A DNA stretch of 64,000 nt. Origin: Spirulina sp. Its GTDB lineage: Bacteria; Cyanobacteriota; Cyanobacteriia; Phormidesmidales; Phormidesmidaceae. The position numbers and the translations under genes are program-made. Position 1 is the stretch's first letter; each line of letters starts with the position of its first letter. A model generated the notes under the pieces. That model searched no databases and was not told the DNA's origin. It saw nothing but the letters and a program-made list of their open reading frames with translations. The stretch covers positions 1-64,000 of the forward strand of contig JBIPSI010000007.1 of assembly GCA_044070495.1 (NCBI GenBank), read 5' to 3'. Of this stretch, positions 9,109-19,883 are shown piece after piece.

Positions 9109-11631
9109 CTACACCTGAAGTCCGGCCTGGGCCTGGACGTACTCTTTGAGTTCGATGGGCACAGGCTCAACCTGCCAAATTTTGCGGCAGTAATCGCGGA
9201 TGGAACGGTCGCTGGAGAATTTGCCCATGCGCACAGCGTTGATGATGGACATGCGCGACCAGTTTTCCTGGTCTTGGTAGGCGCTATCGGCCCGATCCTG
9301 GGCATCCACATAGCTCTGGTAGTCGGCCATCAGCAGGTAGGGATCGCCATAGAGCAGGTTGTCCATCAGGGGTTTGAACAGGCCACCATCGCCCTTGGCA
9401 AAGAAGCCGCAGTTGACCAGGTCGATGGTTTCCTTCAGGCGAGGGTTGCCGTGGTAATAGTCCCAGGGGTTGTAGCCGTTGGCCTTGAGATCGTGCACCT
9501 GGTCGGCGGTGAGGCCAAAGAGGAAGAAGTTTTCGTCGCCCACCAGTTCGCGAATTTCCACATTGGCCCCGTCTAGCGTGCCGACGGTGAGGGCACCGTT
9601 CATGGAGAACTTCATGTTGCCCGTACCGGAGGCTTCCTTTCCGGCGGTGGAAATTTGTTCAGACAAATCCGCTGCTGGATAAACCCGTTGGCCAAAGGTG
9701 ACGTTGTAGTCGGGCAAAAACACCACCTTGAGCCGATCCCCGATGGTGGGGTCGTTGTTGATCACATCCCCCACGGCGGTGATGAACTTAATCATCAGCT
9801 TGGCCATGAAGTAGCCCGGAGCCGCCTTGCCGCCAAAGATAAAGGTGCGGGGAGTCACCTCTAGGTTGGGGTTTTGCTTGATGCGTTCGTAGAGGGTGAT
9901 GATGTGGAGGACGTTGAGGTGCTGGCGCTTGTACTCGTGGATGCGCTTCACCTGCACGTCAAACATGGAGTCGGGGTTGACGGTAATGCCCGTGCGCTGG
10001 CCGATGTAGGAGGCGAGATCCTGTTTGATGTCGTGCTTGATCTGCCGCCAATATTCTCGGAATCCGGCATCGTCAGCGTAGCCTTCGACCTGGCGCAGTT
10101 GTTCCATATCTTGCAGCCAACCATCGCCAATTTTTTCGGTATAGAGGGCGGCGAGGCGGGGGTTGGCCAGGGCAATCCAGCGACGGGGGGTAACGCCATT
10201 GGTGACGTTGTGGATTTTGCCGGGGAACAGCTCATGGAAATCCTTGAGGATGGTCTGTTTCACCAGTTCACTGTGCAGCGCCGCCACGCCGTTGATGGCA
10301 TAGCTGCCCAGACTGGCCAAGTTCGCCATCCGCACGTAACGATGCCCCGATTCGTCAATCAACGACAGGCTAGCCAGTTTGGTCGGATCGTTGAGGTAAT
10401 GCACCCGCACCTGATCCATGAAGTTTTGGTTGATTTCGTAGATGATTTCCAAGTGGCGGGGCAGCATTCCACCAAACAGGGAAATCGACCATTTTTCCAG
10501 GGCTTCGGGTAGCAGAGTGTGGTTGGTGTAGGCAAAGGTGCGACGGGTGACGTTCCAGGCTTCCTCCCAGCCCATGCCGTGATCGTCCACCAAGAGGCGC
10601 ATCAGTTCCGCCACGCCCACGGCGGGGTGGGTATCGTTGAGTTGAGCGGTAAATTTCTCGTGGAAGGTGTTGAGTTTGCGACCCGCCCCCAGGTGAATGC
10701 GGATCATGTCTTGCAAGGCGCAGGAGACAAAGAAAAACTGCTGCTCTAGGCGCAATTGCTTGCCTTCAATCTGCTCGTCGTTGGGATAAAGCACCTTGGA
10801 AATGTTTTCCGAGGTGACTTTGCTGTTGACGGCCCCATAGTAGTCGCCCACGTTGAAGGACTGGAAATCGAAGGATTCCACCGCCTCCGCCTTCCACAGC
10901 CGTAGGGTGTTGACGGTGTTGACCCGATAGCCGGGGATGGGGGTGTCGTAGGGAATGCCCTTCACCTGCTTGGCCGGAAGCCAGCGCTTGCGGAAGCGGC
11001 CATCGGAATCCACATAGCCCTCGGTGTGGCCGCCAAAGCCCACGGTAACGGCGGATTCGGGGTGGGCAATTTCCCAGGGATTGCCGTATTGCAGCCATTT
11101 GTCGGTGATTTCCACCTGCCAGCCATCGCGGATTTGCTGGTCAAAAATGCCAAACTCGTAGCGGATGCCGTAGCCAATGGCAGGAATCTGCAAACTAGCC
11201 ATGGACTCCATATAACAGGCCGCCAATCGCCCTAGGCCACCGTTACCCAGCCCCGGCTCCTCTTCCTGGGCAATCATCTCAGCAAAATCCAGGCCCGATT
11301 CCTGCACCGCCTGTTTCACGGGTTCCCAAATACCGAGGTTGATCAAATTTCGCCCCAGGTGTGGCCCCAGCAAAAATTCCGCCGACAGATAGGTCACCAC
11401 CCGCACCTCCGGGCGCAGGTAGTTGCGGGTGGTGTTCAGCCAGCGCTGCATCATCCGATCCCGCACCGTGTAGGCCAGGGCCAGGTAAAAATCGTTTTTG
11501 CTGGCCACCTCCGGCCACTTGCCCTGAATGTAGTACAGGTTATCGGCAAAGGCGCGGCGTAGGGTTTCGACGCTCAACCCCGTGCGATCATCTTCAACAT
11601 CAACCGTGGGGCAATAGGGAGGTAGGCTCAT
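9109..11631 (-). CDS. glgP: Glycogen phosphorylase
   Basis: GLGNGGLGRLAAC, QLNDTHP, YTNHTLLPEALE, KRIHEYKRQ and the PLP-site motif EASGTGNMKF. Confidence 0.98.
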   Translation of the reverse strand: MSLPPYCPTVDVEDDRTGLSVETLRRAFADNLYYIQGKWPEVASKNDFYLALAYTVRDRMMQRWLNTTRNYLRPEVRVVTYLSAEFLLGPHLGRNLINLGIWEPVKQAVQESGLDFAEMIAQEEEPGLGNGGLGRLAACYMESMASLQIPAIGYGIRYEFGIFDQQIRDGWQVEITDKWLQYGNPWEIAHPESAVTVGFGGHTEGYVDSDGRFRKRWLPAKQVKGIPYDTPIPGYRVNTVNTLRLWKAEAVESFDFQSFNVGDYYGAVNSKVTSENISKVLYPNDEQIEGKQLRLEQQFFFVSCALQDMIRIHLGAGRKLNTFHEKFTAQLNDTHPAVGVAELMRLLVDDHGMGWEEAWNVTRRTFAYTNHTLLPEALEKWSISLFGGMLPRHLEIIYEINQNFMDQVRVHYLNDPTKLASLSLIDESGHRYVRMANLASLGSYAINGVAALHSELVKQTILKDFHELFPGKIHNVTNGVTPRRWIALANPRLAALYTEKIGDGWLQDMEQLRQVEGYADDAGFREYWRQIKHDIKQDLASYIGQRTGITVNPDSMFDVQVKRIHEYKRQHLNVLHIITLYERIKQNPNLEVTPRTFIFGGKAAPGYFMAKLMIKFITAVGDVINNDPTIGDRLKVVFLPDYNVTFGQRVYPAADLSEQISTAGKEASGTGNMKFSMNGALTVGTLDGANVEIRELVGDENFFLFGLTADQVHDLKANGYNPWDYYHGNPRLKETIDLVNCGFFAKGDGGLFKPLMDNLLYGDPYLLMADYQSYVDAQDRADSAYQDQENWSRMSIINAVRMGKFSSDRSIRDYCRKIWQVEPVPIELKEYVQAQAGLQV

Positions 11632-11949
11632 GGGGGTCTCCTGAACAGGGCAAAATGTGCGGGTTTCCTAATCTACGATGCCTATTCGCTACTGTAAGGG
11701 AGCTAGGTTATGAAAGGGTTTAGGCTCGGAAAGGTTTAAGGTTTAACGCGATAAAGCGCCTAATCCAGGGGATATAGCTTTTTTCGGTCGTATTAGGGCG
11801 CGTCATCAATTGAGGTAAAGTGGGGCGGTCGTCGTCTATCCCCCTTGCCCTCCAACAACCCGACGCTATGCCCTACGGGATGACCAATGGGGAGGTCGAG
11901 CAAACCTAGGCCCGACAGCGATAGGGGCCATGATGGCCTTGACCTCTCC

Positions 11950-12396
11950 CTACGCTGGAGTCGATAGGGAATCGGCGGATTGGGACGGGACAGCGGGATC
12001 ATGCCCCCGATAAACCTGGACACTTTCTTGCTCGTTGGGGTCATTACGGGCAACGAGAGCAATGGCCGCTTCGGTATTGCTTAGGTTAACGGGCTGGTGG
12101 GGTACCCCCTCAGGGATAAAAATAAAGTCTCCCTGTTGATTGGTCACCGATTTTGCCAGGTTCTCGCCGTAGAAGGTTTGAACGTTGCCTTGAATCAGAT
12201 AAATTGCCGTTTCAAACCCATCATGGAAATGGGGTTCTGCCTTAGCTCCAGGCGGAATCACTACAATATTCATAGAAATTCCCTTAGCCCCAGCGGTTTG
12301 CTCTGAAATACCCACATAGTTGGGCAGTTTTTGAATGGTATCTACCGTTTCTGCAGGCCTGACCGTAACGATATCCTGTTCTAGATTCATGATCAC
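11950..12396 (-). CDS. Cupin-domain protein
   Basis: PHFHDGFETAIY and GDFIFIPEGVPHQP cupin motifs. Confidence 0.88.
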   Translation of the reverse strand: MIMNLEQDIVTVRPAETVDTIQKLPNYVGISEQTAGAKGISMNIVVIPPGAKAEPHFHDGFETAIYLIQGNVQTFYGENLAKSVTNQQGDFIFIPEGVPHQPVNLSNTEAAIALVARNDPNEQESVQVYRGHDPAVPSQSADSLSTPA

Positions 12397-12815
12397 ACCT
12401 CGTGGATACCGCCATCCTAAACCGCCAGACCCTAGATTCGCCGGTTACCAAAGAGCGCCTTGCCGTAGCCTTGCCGCAGATCACTGTCATCGCCATAGAG
12501 AATTCTGGGCAGAAGGTATAGCTAGGACGGCGGCTACCCAGATTAGCCCAAGGTTGCCCGCCCCGATGATTTGATAAGATCAGGCCAACAGATCTCATTA
12601 AACCTCCCTTAACCCTGTGCGCCACGGATGAATTGTTCTCCATGGAGGCCAGGGCCCTTGGTTACCGCTGTTCTAGCTTGCTCCCACGGGTCAGTGTGTC
12701 CTCATATTATGGCCATCCCCCCTTCCCCCGCTGAGGTGCCTGTCTGTCCTCTGGATTCGATAGTCCTCCCTTCCCCTCGCCCCCGCACTACCGACCTCAT
12801 TACCCCACAATCGCA

Positions 12816-14339
12816 ATGACCTTTCCCTCTGATGAAGCCTTGGCCTATCCCGACGAGTTCCCTGCCTGTCAGGACGCTTCGCCAGATCGTCCTGACAAAC
12901 CCGAAGAAGCCTGTGGCGTGTTTGGCCTCTACGGCCCTGGGGAAGATGTGGCGCGGCTGGCCTACTTTGGCCTGTTTGCCCTCCAGCACCGGGGCCAAGA
13001 ATCGGCGGGGATTGCCACCTTTGATGGCACCACCAGCTATTCCCACAAGCACATGGGCCTAGTGTCTCAGGTGTTTGATGACCACATCCTGAAGGAGTTG
13101 CCGGGGCAGATTTCCGTGGGCCACACCCGTTACTCCACCACAGGATCCAGCCACGTCTGCAATGCCCAGCCCGCCATTGTGCCCACCCGCCTAGGGGATT
13201 TGGCCTTGGCCCACAACGGCAACCTGGTCAACGCCGCCGATCTGCGGGTAGAACTGATAGAACGCAACCACGACTTGATCACCACCACCGATTCAGAGAT
13301 GATCGCCTTTGCCCTCGCCGAGGCCGTCAACGATGGTATGGACTGGGTGAGCGCCGCCGAAAAAGCCTTCAACCGCTGTCAAGGGGCCTTTAGCTTGGTG
13401 ATTGCCACCCCCGACGGCATTCTCGGAGCCCGTGACCACCAGGGCATTCGCCCCCTTGTGCTAGGCGTTTTGGGCAACGAAATCCCCCCGGAAGGTAGCC
13501 CTGCCGCCTACGTCCTGGCCTCAGAAACCTGCGCCCTGGATATCATTGGGGCCACCTACGTGCGCGATGTTTTGCCCGGAGAACTGGTGTGGATCACCGA
13601 GCAAGGGATTCGCTCCCTGCAGTGGGCCGAGGCGACCCAGCGCAAACTCTGCGTCTTTGAAATGATCTACTTTTCTCGCCCCGACAGCATCGTCAATGGC
13701 GAAAGTCTCTACAGCTATCGGCGGCGGCTGGGCCACCAATTGGCCAAGGAATCCCCCGCCGACGTGGATTTGATCATGGCGGTGCCCGATTCTGGGGTGC
13801 CTGCGGCCATTGGGTTTTCCCAACAGTCTGGCATACCCTACGCCGAGGGGTTGATCAAAAATCGCTACGTGGGCCGCACCTTCATCCAGCCCACCCAGTC
13901 GATGCGGGAGGTGGGGATTCGCATGAAGCTGAACCCCCTGCGGGATGTGCTGGAGGGTAAGCGGATTTTGATCGTGGATGACTCCATCGTGCGGGGCACC
14001 ACCAGTCGCAAAATTGTGCAAGCCCTCCGCGATGCCGGAGCCACGGAAGTCCACATGCGGATTTCCTCGCCCCCGGTCACCCATCCTTGTTTCTACGGCA
14101 TCGACACCGACAGCCAAGACCAACTGATCGCGGCCACCAAATCCATCGAAGACATTGCCAAGCAAATTGGGGTCGATTCCTTGGCCTACCTCAGTTGGGA
14201 AGGGATGCTAGAGGCCACCTACCAAGAACCCGGCAGTTTTTGTTCCGCCTGCTTCACCGGAAAATATCCCGTGGACATTCCGGAACCCTTCAAGCGATCC
14301 AAGCTGAAGTTTGAAGCTAAGCAACCCGTCGCTCCCTAG
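12816..14339 (+). CDS. purF: Amidophosphoribosyltransferase
   Basis: EACGVFG N-terminal nucleophile, LQHRGQE, GHTRYST, VDDSIVRGTT, CFYGID and CSACF motifs. Confidence 0.98.
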   Translation: MTFPSDEALAYPDEFPACQDASPDRPDKPEEACGVFGLYGPGEDVARLAYFGLFALQHRGQESAGIATFDGTTSYSHKHMGLVSQVFDDHILKELPGQISVGHTRYSTTGSSHVCNAQPAIVPTRLGDLALAHNGNLVNAADLRVELIERNHDLITTTDSEMIAFALAEAVNDGMDWVSAAEKAFNRCQGAFSLVIATPDGILGARDHQGIRPLVLGVLGNEIPPEGSPAAYVLASETCALDIIGATYVRDVLPGELVWITEQGIRSLQWAEATQRKLCVFEMIYFSRPDSIVNGESLYSYRRRLGHQLAKESPADVDLIMAVPDSGVPAAIGFSQQSGIPYAEGLIKNRYVGRTFIQPTQSMREVGIRMKLNPLRDVLEGKRILIVDDSIVRGTTSRKIVQALRDAGATEVHMRISSPPVTHPCFYGIDTDSQDQLIAATKSIEDIAKQIGVDSLAYLSWEGMLEATYQEPGSFCSACFTGKYPVDIPEPFKRSKLKFEAKQPVAP

Positions 14340-14445
14340 CCCAAGCCTCACGGCTGGGGGTAGGAATCGACCATCTCACCGTTTCCTACCCCGCATCGGC
14401 TAATTTTTCTTTACCATAGAACCCATTGCCCCAGCCTCACCTGGG

Positions 14446-15303
14446 ATGCCTATCCTCCGTACATTGCAGTCCTTAATCCATCCCTCAAAACCGACCGTGG
14501 AAGAACAAACTACCTCCCCAGAAGTCATCACCCTCCTCTCCAGCCGTGAACTGGAGAAAATGCGCAAGGCTTGCCAAACAGCGGCTCAATTGCTGGATTA
14601 CTTAACGCCCTACGTGAAGCCGGGAGTCAGCACCCTGGAACTGAACGACCTCGCCGAAGCCTGGACAAGAAAGCGGGGGGCCATCAGTGCGCCCCTGGGC
14701 TATGCCGGGACAGTGATGCCCTTCCCGAAATCCATCTGCACCAGCGTGAACGAGGTGATTTGCCACGGCATTCCCAGCGCCGACCAAATCCTGCGGGATG
14801 GCGACATTATTAATATCGATGTCACTCCCATCGTCGATGGCTACCACGGCGACACCTCCCGCACCTTCCTGGTCGGAGATGTGGCCCCCAAGGTGCGTAA
14901 ACTGGTGGAGGTCACCGAAGAATCGATGTGGCGGGGCATTCGTGAGGTCAAGCCCGGTGCCCGCATTGGCGACATTGGGGCCGCCATTCAGGAATACGCT
15001 GAAGCCGAGGGCTTCTCCGTGGTGCGCGATTTCGTTGGCCATGGCGTCCACCGCATTTTTCACACCGCCCCCCAGGTGCCCCACTACGGCGTGCGCGGCA
15101 AGGGCAAAAAACTGCGTCCCGGCATGGTGTTCACCATTGAACCCATGATTAACATCGGCTCCCACGAAGCGGAGATTCTCGCCGATGGCTGGACGGCTCT
15201 GACGGTGGATCGCCAACTCTCGGCCCAGTTTGAGCACACCGTCGCCGTCACGAAAGCGGGCGTGGAAGTGCTTACCCTCTCCCCTGCCAAGGTGCTGGCC
15301 TAG
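14446..15303 (+). CDS. map: Methionine aminopeptidase type I
   Basis: SVNEVICHGIP, INIDVT, YHGDTSRT, GHGV, FTIEPMIN and SAQFEHT motifs. Confidence 0.97.
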   Translation: MPILRTLQSLIHPSKPTVEEQTTSPEVITLLSSRELEKMRKACQTAAQLLDYLTPYVKPGVSTLELNDLAEAWTRKRGAISAPLGYAGTVMPFPKSICTSVNEVICHGIPSADQILRDGDIINIDVTPIVDGYHGDTSRTFLVGDVAPKVRKLVEVTEESMWRGIREVKPGARIGDIGAAIQEYAEAEGFSVVRDFVGHGVHRIFHTAPQVPHYGVRGKGKKLRPGMVFTIEPMINIGSHEAEILADGWTALTVDRQLSAQFEHTVAVTKAGVEVLTLSPAKVLA

Positions 15304-15576
15304 GCCCTCGATGGGATTCAGTGGGGAGGCTGACCCAAAATCAATCTAGCAATAGCTGCGTTTTAGAACCATCCCGATCTTGGCAATCGGGGTGGTTTTT
15401 GGGCGGAAACATTTGCCCACCCCTACCCACGATCCCCATGGGAGGATCCGCCCATCTGAGCAAGGTAGCAGGAGAACCCAAGGATTTTTCTCCCAGGATC
15501 GATCCAAATCCGTTAAGCGGTTCCCCAAGCGCATAAAATTGAGGTTCAATCGTTTTACACCCATTAATCCGAGTCT

Positions 15577-16389
15577 ATGAGAGCCTATCGGGCAGCCGCC
15601 GTACAAATGACCAGTGTGCCAGACCTGAGCAAAAACCTGGCCCAGGCCGAAGAATTAATCGATCTAGCGGTGCGCCAGGGGGCAGAACTCATCACCCTGC
15701 CAGAGAATTTTTCGTTCCTAGGGGACGAAGACGCCAAAATTGCCCAGGCCGACCAGATTTGTCAAGCCAGCGAGTCCTTTCTAAAAACCATGGCCCAGCG
15801 CTACCAAGTCACCCTGATTGGTGGCGGCTATCCGGTACCGGCCAAGGAAGGTAAGGTCTTCAATACGGCTCTGCTGGTGTCCCCCGATGGCCAAGAACTG
15901 CTGCGCTACGAAAAAGTGCACCTGTTTGATGTCAACCTACCCGATGGCAATACCTACCGGGAATCCAACATCGTCATTTCTGGCCATCTGCTGCCCGACG
16001 TGTTCCCTTCCAAGGATTTCGGGATGATTGGCCTATCGGTGTGCTACGACGTGCGTTTTCCTGAACTCTATCGTCACCTCTCCCAGCAGGGGGCGGAAAT
16101 TCTGGTGGTACCCGCCGCCTTCACCGAGTTCACCGGCAAAGATCACTGGCAGGTGTTGCTCCAGGCCCGCGCCATCGAAAATACCTGTTATGTCATCGCT
16201 CCGGCCCAAACGGGCTTCCACAACAGTCGTCGTCAGTCCCACGGGCACGCCATGATCATCGACCCCTGGGGAATGGTACTAGCCGATGCAGGCACCGCCA
16301 CAGGGGTAGCCATTGCTGAAATCAACCCCAACCGCCTGGCCCAGGTGCGTCGTCAAATGCCCTCCTTGGCCCATCGCATGTTTGTCTAG
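15577..16389 (+). CDS. Carbon-nitrogen hydrolase (Nit1-like deaminated glutathione amidase)
   Basis: Catalytic E-K-C motifs LPENF, YEKVHLFD and VCYDVRFPE; ARAIEN. Confidence 0.92.
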   Translation: MRAYRAAAVQMTSVPDLSKNLAQAEELIDLAVRQGAELITLPENFSFLGDEDAKIAQADQICQASESFLKTMAQRYQVTLIGGGYPVPAKEGKVFNTALLVSPDGQELLRYEKVHLFDVNLPDGNTYRESNIVISGHLLPDVFPSKDFGMIGLSVCYDVRFPELYRHLSQQGAEILVVPAAFTEFTGKDHWQVLLQARAIENTCYVIAPAQTGFHNSRRQSHGHAMIIDPWGMVLADAGTATGVAIAEINPNRLAQVRRQMPSLAHRMFV

Positions 16390-16480
16390 GGGCCGTTTTG
16401 TCGCACGGTGCCGCTTGTAGCGAACTCTTTGCAGACGGAAAACTCATGTAGATTGAAAAGGATGAGTTTTGGCGGCCTGA

Positions 16481-17941
16481 ATGGTGGATTGGATAAGCGG
16501 CCTAACCGACACCGCCCCCCGCTTGGTTTCAGAGGGGTTGGTGACGAACCTTGGTTCTGGATTTCCGTGGTTGGCAGAGATTGCGGAGGCAGAAATTGAG
16601 CCCTTGGTCATGGCCAGCGTTTTGCTGAGCCTAATTGTGGTTTACCTAGCCGCTAAGGTGGGCGGGGAGCTCTGTGCTCGGGTGAACCTGCCCCCGGTGC
16701 TAGGGGAATTACTGGGGGGCGTCCTAGTTGGCGTCTCGGCCCTGCACCTGATTGTATTTCCCGAAGCCGGGGCTAACCCAGACTCGATGCTAATGCAGTT
16801 GGTGAGCTGGGTGACGGGCATTGCCCCCGAAGATGGCCTGTCGCGGGTGTTTGAAAGCGAAAGCGAAGCCCTCTCGGTGCTGGCCGAACTGGGGGTGATT
16901 ATTCTGCTATTTGAGATCGGCCTAGAGTCTGACCTGAAAGAACTGATCCGGGTTGGCCCCCAGGCCGCTGTGGTGGCGGTGATTGGGGTGGTGGTGCCCT
17001 TTGCCGCTGGTACCGCTGGGCTGATTGGCCTATTTGGGGTCGATACCATCCCCGCCGTTTTTGCCGGAGCCGCCCTAACCGCCACTAGCATTGGCATTAC
17101 TGCCAAAGTGTTGGCCGAGTTGCAAAAACTCAGCTCCACCGAGGGGCAGATCATCATTGGGGCCGCCGTGCTGGATGATGTGCTGGGCATTATCGTCTTG
17201 GCGGTGGTAGCCAGCCTCGCCAAGACCGGCGAAATCGAAATTCTCAACGTGGTTTACCTGGTGATTGGGGCGGCTGTGTTTTTAGTCGGCTCCATCTTCC
17301 TGGGTCGGTTGCTCAGTCCCTACTTTGTCGCCCTGGTGGACAAGCTCCGCACCCGTGGCCAGGTGTTGATTAGCTCCCTAATTTTTGCCTTTGTGTTGGC
17401 CTATATCGCAGCGGCCATTCACCTAGAGGCCATTCTAGGGGCCTTTGCCGCTGGCCTAATCTTGGCAGAAACTAGTAAGCACAAGGAACTGGAGGAGCAG
17501 ATCAACCCCATCGCCGATATGCTGGTACCCATTTTCTTCATCACCGTGGGGGCCAGAACCGACATCAGCGTCCTCAATCCCCTCGATCCCAACAACCGCC
17601 CCGGCCTGATCATCGCCTCCTTCTTGGTCGTAGTAGCCTTTGTGGGCAAAGTGGTCACGGGGTTTGCGGTCTTTGGTCAACCGGGCATCAATCGCCTCGC
17701 CGTTGGGGTTGGCATGGTGCCTCGGGGAGAGGTGGGCCTCGTCTTTGCTGGGGTGGGGGCCGCCAGTGGGGTGCTGTCCGAATCCCTGGATGCGGCCATC
17801 ATTGTGATGGTGATCCTAACCACCTTCCTGGCTCCGCCCCTACTGCGCCTCGTTTTTGAAGACAAGGATACGGACGAGCCGCCCCTCCAGGAAACCGAAC
17901 CCCTAGCCACGGTCAGTTCCCCATCCCCTAGCCAAGACTAG
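16481..17941 (+). CDS. CPA2-family Na+/H+ antiporter (NhaS3-like)
   Basis: LFEIGLES, ATSIGIT, GAAVLDD and GMVPRGEVG motifs; start codon uncertain. Confidence 0.92.
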   Translation: MVDWISGLTDTAPRLVSEGLVTNLGSGFPWLAEIAEAEIEPLVMASVLLSLIVVYLAAKVGGELCARVNLPPVLGELLGGVLVGVSALHLIVFPEAGANPDSMLMQLVSWVTGIAPEDGLSRVFESESEALSVLAELGVIILLFEIGLESDLKELIRVGPQAAVVAVIGVVVPFAAGTAGLIGLFGVDTIPAVFAGAALTATSIGITAKVLAELQKLSSTEGQIIIGAAVLDDVLGIIVLAVVASLAKTGEIEILNVVYLVIGAAVFLVGSIFLGRLLSPYFVALVDKLRTRGQVLISSLIFAFVLAYIAAAIHLEAILGAFAAGLILAETSKHKELEEQINPIADMLVPIFFITVGARTDISVLNPLDPNNRPGLIIASFLVVVAFVGKVVTGFAVFGQPGINRLAVGVGMVPRGEVGLVFAGVGAASGVLSESLDAAIIVMVILTTFLAPPLLRLVFEDKDTDEPPLQETEPLATVSSPSPSQD

Positions 17942-17960
17942 ATTTCGGATTAAGTTCCCT

Positions 17961-17999
17961 AGCGCCCTGCCTCCATTTCCCTGGAGGTGGGGCGTTTTT
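17961..17999 (+). terminator. Intrinsic terminator after the antiporter
   Basis: GCGCCCTGCCTCCA-TTTCCC-TGGAGGTGGGGCGT followed by T tract. Confidence 0.8.
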
Positions 18000-18098
18000 A
18001 ACGCTATGGCCCCTAGATTTTTTCGACTAATTTGATTACTCTGTCTAGACCCGCTACACTCATTGAAATCTCCGGTATTCATTTAGGTATAAGTACTT

Positions 18099-18974
18099 AT
18101 GAAGCATGGGTTCCAACGCCGTCGCCTCGCCTCCCCTGGCCCTGCCCGCATTGGTATTTTTGATAGCGGGGTGGGTGGCCTGACGGTGCTGCGGGAGATT
18201 TATCGTCAGCTACCCCACGAGTCGGTGCTGTATTTTGGCGATACGGCTCGCCTACCCTACGGCCCCCGATCCCCTGAGGAGATCCTGTACTTTGTTCGGC
18301 AAATCCTCACCTGGATGGCCAGCCAGAACGTCAAGATGGTGATGATGGCCTGCAACACCAGTTCCGCCCTCGCCCTAGACATCGTGCAGTCTGAGTATGA
18401 CTTTCCCATTCTGGGGTTAATTCGCCCCGGTGCCCAGGCGGCGGCTCAGGTGGGTCAACGCATTGGCATCATTGCCACCCAGGGCACCGTGAACAGCAAA
18501 GCCTATCCCAGCGCTATCCAAGAACTCTCCTCCACCGCCCAGGTGTGGCAGGTAGCTTGCCCCAAATTTGTGCCCATTGTGGAAGGCAACCAAATTCAGC
18601 AGCCCCACGCCCGCCAAACCGCCGAGGACTACCTGCGCCCCCTGATGGCCTCCCAGATTGACACCCTCATCTACGGCTGCACCCACTACCCCCACCTCGC
18701 CCCTCTGCTAAAAACCATTCTGCCCCCCAGCACCCGCTACGTTGACCCCGCCATTTCCATGGTGGCAGCAGCGGCCAAAGAACTCGATGCCCTGGGTCTG
18801 CGTAGCAACACCGCCGCCTGGGCCACCGATTTTTACGTCAGCGGTTCCGCCAAAGACTTTCGCCGCCTAGCGGTGCAGTGGCTGGGCCACCAACCCCAGG
18901 TCAGCCAAATTCAACTGCCTGAACTGCCTGAACTGCTGACCCCCTCGGTTTCCTCGGTAGACCTACGGCCCTAG
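18099..18974 (+). CDS. murI: Glutamate racemase
   Basis: IGIFDSGVGGLTV, DTARLPYG, ACNTSS and GCTHYP motifs. Confidence 0.97.
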   Translation: MKHGFQRRRLASPGPARIGIFDSGVGGLTVLREIYRQLPHESVLYFGDTARLPYGPRSPEEILYFVRQILTWMASQNVKMVMMACNTSSALALDIVQSEYDFPILGLIRPGAQAAAQVGQRIGIIATQGTVNSKAYPSAIQELSSTAQVWQVACPKFVPIVEGNQIQQPHARQTAEDYLRPLMASQIDTLIYGCTHYPHLAPLLKTILPPSTRYVDPAISMVAAAAKELDALGLRSNTAAWATDFYVSGSAKDFRRLAVQWLGHQPQVSQIQLPELPELLTPSVSSVDLRP

Positions 18975-19133
18975 CGCAACGCCTGATTCCCAGGCCCAAT
19001 GACAAGCAGCCCCCATCCCCATCGACCAAGCCTTGGGGCAAGTTTTTTGCGCCCTGTTCAAACTTCACTCAAGGGTCGTATTGCCGAACCCGTCAGGAAA
19101 GGTTATCGAACAAAAAAGAACCAGGCCAAACAG

Positions 19134-19165
19134 AAAAAGAGGTGCCGATTGCTCAGCACCTCTTT
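19134..19165. terminator. Terminator hairpin between convergent murI and rpsU
   Basis: AAAGAGGTGC-N10-GCACCTCTTT with flanking A/T tracts. Confidence 0.75.
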
Positions 19166-19209
19166 ACGGGTCTTCAATTCAGAGATTGATTCATGCCCCT
19201 AGACTGGGT

Positions 19210-19386
19210 TTAGCGGTAACGCTTCTTGCGGCGAGCAACGGCCTTGCGCTTACGCTTCTCCTGAGGAGTTTCAAAGTGGCGGCGACGCTTCACCTCAGAA
19301 AAAATACCCGCCTTAGACACCTGACGCTTAAAACGGCGTAGGGCTGATTCAATCCCTTCGTTTTCACCAACAACAACTTGAGTCAT
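19210..19386 (-). CDS. rpsU: 30S ribosomal protein S21
   Basis: [44 protein letters not shown] at 19386. Confidence 0.97.
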   Translation of the reverse strand: MTQVVVGENEGIESALRRFKRQVSKAGIFSEVKRRRHFETPQEKRKRKAVARRKKRYR

Positions 19387-19883
19387 ACGAACTTGCCTAT
19401 TTCTCCTGCAATGGTAATGAACACGAAACAACCAATACAAAAATAGCAGCCTAGGACATCGGCGCAGCCAACACTCTAAGGCTAGGCCATGCTAGAGCAT
19501 CAATACCATAGCCTGTCTGAACCTAGTATCGCTAAGCCCAAGCCACTGAGCCCTTTCGAGGCCATGTCTGAACACAGAGCCTCAACCCTATTCTTGATTG
19601 GACAGTAGCGTTTGCCAAAAACTGACCAAGGGGAGCCTTGGCCATCACAAAGGTTTTCAGATATGCCTCAGGACGGTCTGTGCCACCTCCCGCAGTCCTA
19701 GGCGATCCGTGCAGACAGCAAAAAGCAGGACACTTTGCCCCGTTGCTGTACTTACCTAGACTACCATAGGAAAGGCTGTTCATAGATCGGGGCCTTCGGT
19801 GGCGTTGTCTAGATTTGCCTACCTGAAAGTCTTCCCTTCGGCGGAGTCTACCCGTCTGCTCTGAACATTCTCGATAGTTACCT

